Source: a virus
IMG/VR virus record: IMGVR_UViG_3300032287_003559
Span: 64,001 to 128,000 of that record
Direction: 5' to 3' (one strand)
DNA: 64,000 nt
The notes under the pieces were generated by a model. It was given only the letters and a program-made list of their open reading frames with translations, was not told the origin of the DNA and made no database searches. Below are positions 62,909 through 64,000 of this stretch, in pieces. The position numbers and the translations under genes are program-made. Numbering within the stretch: position 1 is the first letter of the stretch; every line of letters starts with the position of its first letter.

Positions 62909-63443
62909 AGATAATATCGAATCTCTTCCCACAAATCCTTTTGTGTTTGAAGTTTTAGAACTTGCTTCAAAACAAAGATCAAATGTTAAAAAGGTTGAAG
63001 TTCTTAAAGCATATGAACATGATTCTCTTAAAACAATTTTTGTTTGGAATTTTGATGAATCTGTAATCTCAATGCTTCCAGAGGGCGATGTTCCTTATGC
63101 TGATACAAATGAGCAAACAATTTATTCTGGAACTCTGTCTGAAAATTTAAAAAGAGAAACTGACGGTGGAGAGTCTGCAACAGGTCAAGATCTTGATGGG
63201 AGAGGTAAGACTTCCCTAAGAAAAGAGTATCAAAATCTCTATCATTATGTAAAGGGTGGAAATGACTCCCTTACAAATATTCGCAGGGAGATGATGTTTA
63301 TTAATCTTTTAAGAGGACTTCATTCTAAAGAAGCAGAGATTTTGATTCTAGTTAAGGATAAAAACCTTACGGATAAATATAAAATAACTCAAGAAATTGT
63401 TAAACAAGCCTACCCCGATATTACTTGGGGAGGTCGTTCGTGA
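62877..63443 (+). CDS. Conserved T4-like hypothetical protein
   Basis: WNFD...LPEGDVPY...RREMMFINLL.GLH. Confidence 0.75.
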   Translation: MSTTKTRKKTEDNIESLPTNPFVFEVLELASKQRSNVKKVEVLKAYEHDSLKTIFVWNFDESVISMLPEGDVPYADTNEQTIYSGTLSENLKRETDGGESATGQDLDGRGKTSLRKEYQNLYHYVKGGNDSLTNIRREMMFINLLRGLHSKEAEILILVKDKNLTDKYKITQEIVKQAYPDITWGGRS

Positions 63444-63484
63444 ATTCTATGAGAAGTTTAATTGATAGAGTAAAGGGAGAAAAT

Positions 63485-63793
63485 ATGACTGAATCTGACA
63501 GAAAAGAAAAGCAAGTTCTCCCTCATGAATATGGATGTCAGATTCTCTTAGAAAAAACATCAATTGAAAAAGTAAAGGATCCTTCATTTCCAAACGATGC
63601 TTATTTAATCTGGTATATTGTTGATGGTAATCAACATATGGACCTAACACGTTGTAGTAGGAAAGTAAATTTATTTGATATGTATTATGATAAGTATGGT
63701 CCAGGTGCAGTTCAAAAAATTGATTTTGGTTATGGAAGAGTGAATCCCCGACTTTGGGGATATAAACAACCTGAGAAAAAGAAAAGAAAATGA
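63485..63793 (+). CDS. Conserved cyanophage hypothetical protein
   Basis: FDMYYDKYG...GYGRVNPRLWG. Confidence 0.7.
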   Translation: MTESDRKEKQVLPHEYGCQILLEKTSIEKVKDPSFPNDAYLIWYIVDGNQHMDLTRCSRKVNLFDMYYDKYGPGAVQKIDFGYGRVNPRLWGYKQPEKKKRK

Positions 63794-64000
63794 GTGCTGG
63801 ATTTGGTGGTCAAGGAAAAGAAAATAGAATCGGTAAAGATGCTAGCATTACTATTGACCTAGATAATATAGATATTGTTCTAAAACAATATAAAAAAATT
63901 AAAAAGTATCAAAAATCATCTCTGTACGCTATCAAAACAATGGACGGAACAGAAGATATTGTGAGTTCATTGATAAAGGAAGCGGAGGAAAATCCACTGT
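63790..64000 (+). CDS. Hypothetical protein, 3'-truncated
   Basis: MSAGFGG..., open to window end. Confidence 0.55.
   Translation, partial: MSAGFGGQGKENRIGKDASITIDLDNIDIVLKQYKKIKKYQKSSLYAIKTMDGTEDIVSSLIKEAEENPL

Overview
64 kb of a T4-like cyanomyovirus genome (Kyanoviridae-like, probably freshwater), AT-rich and almost all on the + strand. In order: replication core (dam, gp62, regA, hsp20, gp43, uvsX, gp41, mazG), late/virion genes, gp61, nrdAB, a tRNA array (11 canonical tRNAs, one tRNA-like element, unexplained structured spacers), a manA-like structured RNA, a ~19 kb glycan-biosynthesis island, host-derived genes (porin, ahcY, pstS, hli x2, peroxiredoxin), a peptidase/lysozyme pair, a fibre-like gene, psbA split by a 211-nt group I intron followed by an F-CphI-like endonuclease, then talC, PTOX, zwf, gnd and glutaredoxin. 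Highlights: (1) a translationally coupled nucleotidyltransferase-cupin-RuBisCO-like protein-phosphodiesterase cassette inside the glycan island; (2) a complete -1 frameshift signal (A AAA AAG, UAG, hairpin) that would fuse a C39-like peptidase to a GH24 lysozyme lacking a proper start; (3) three covarying pseudoknot modules in the manA-like RNA, which is interrupted by an ORF; (4) an unusually divergent D1. All calls come from motif recognition by eye. No searches or folding programs were run.
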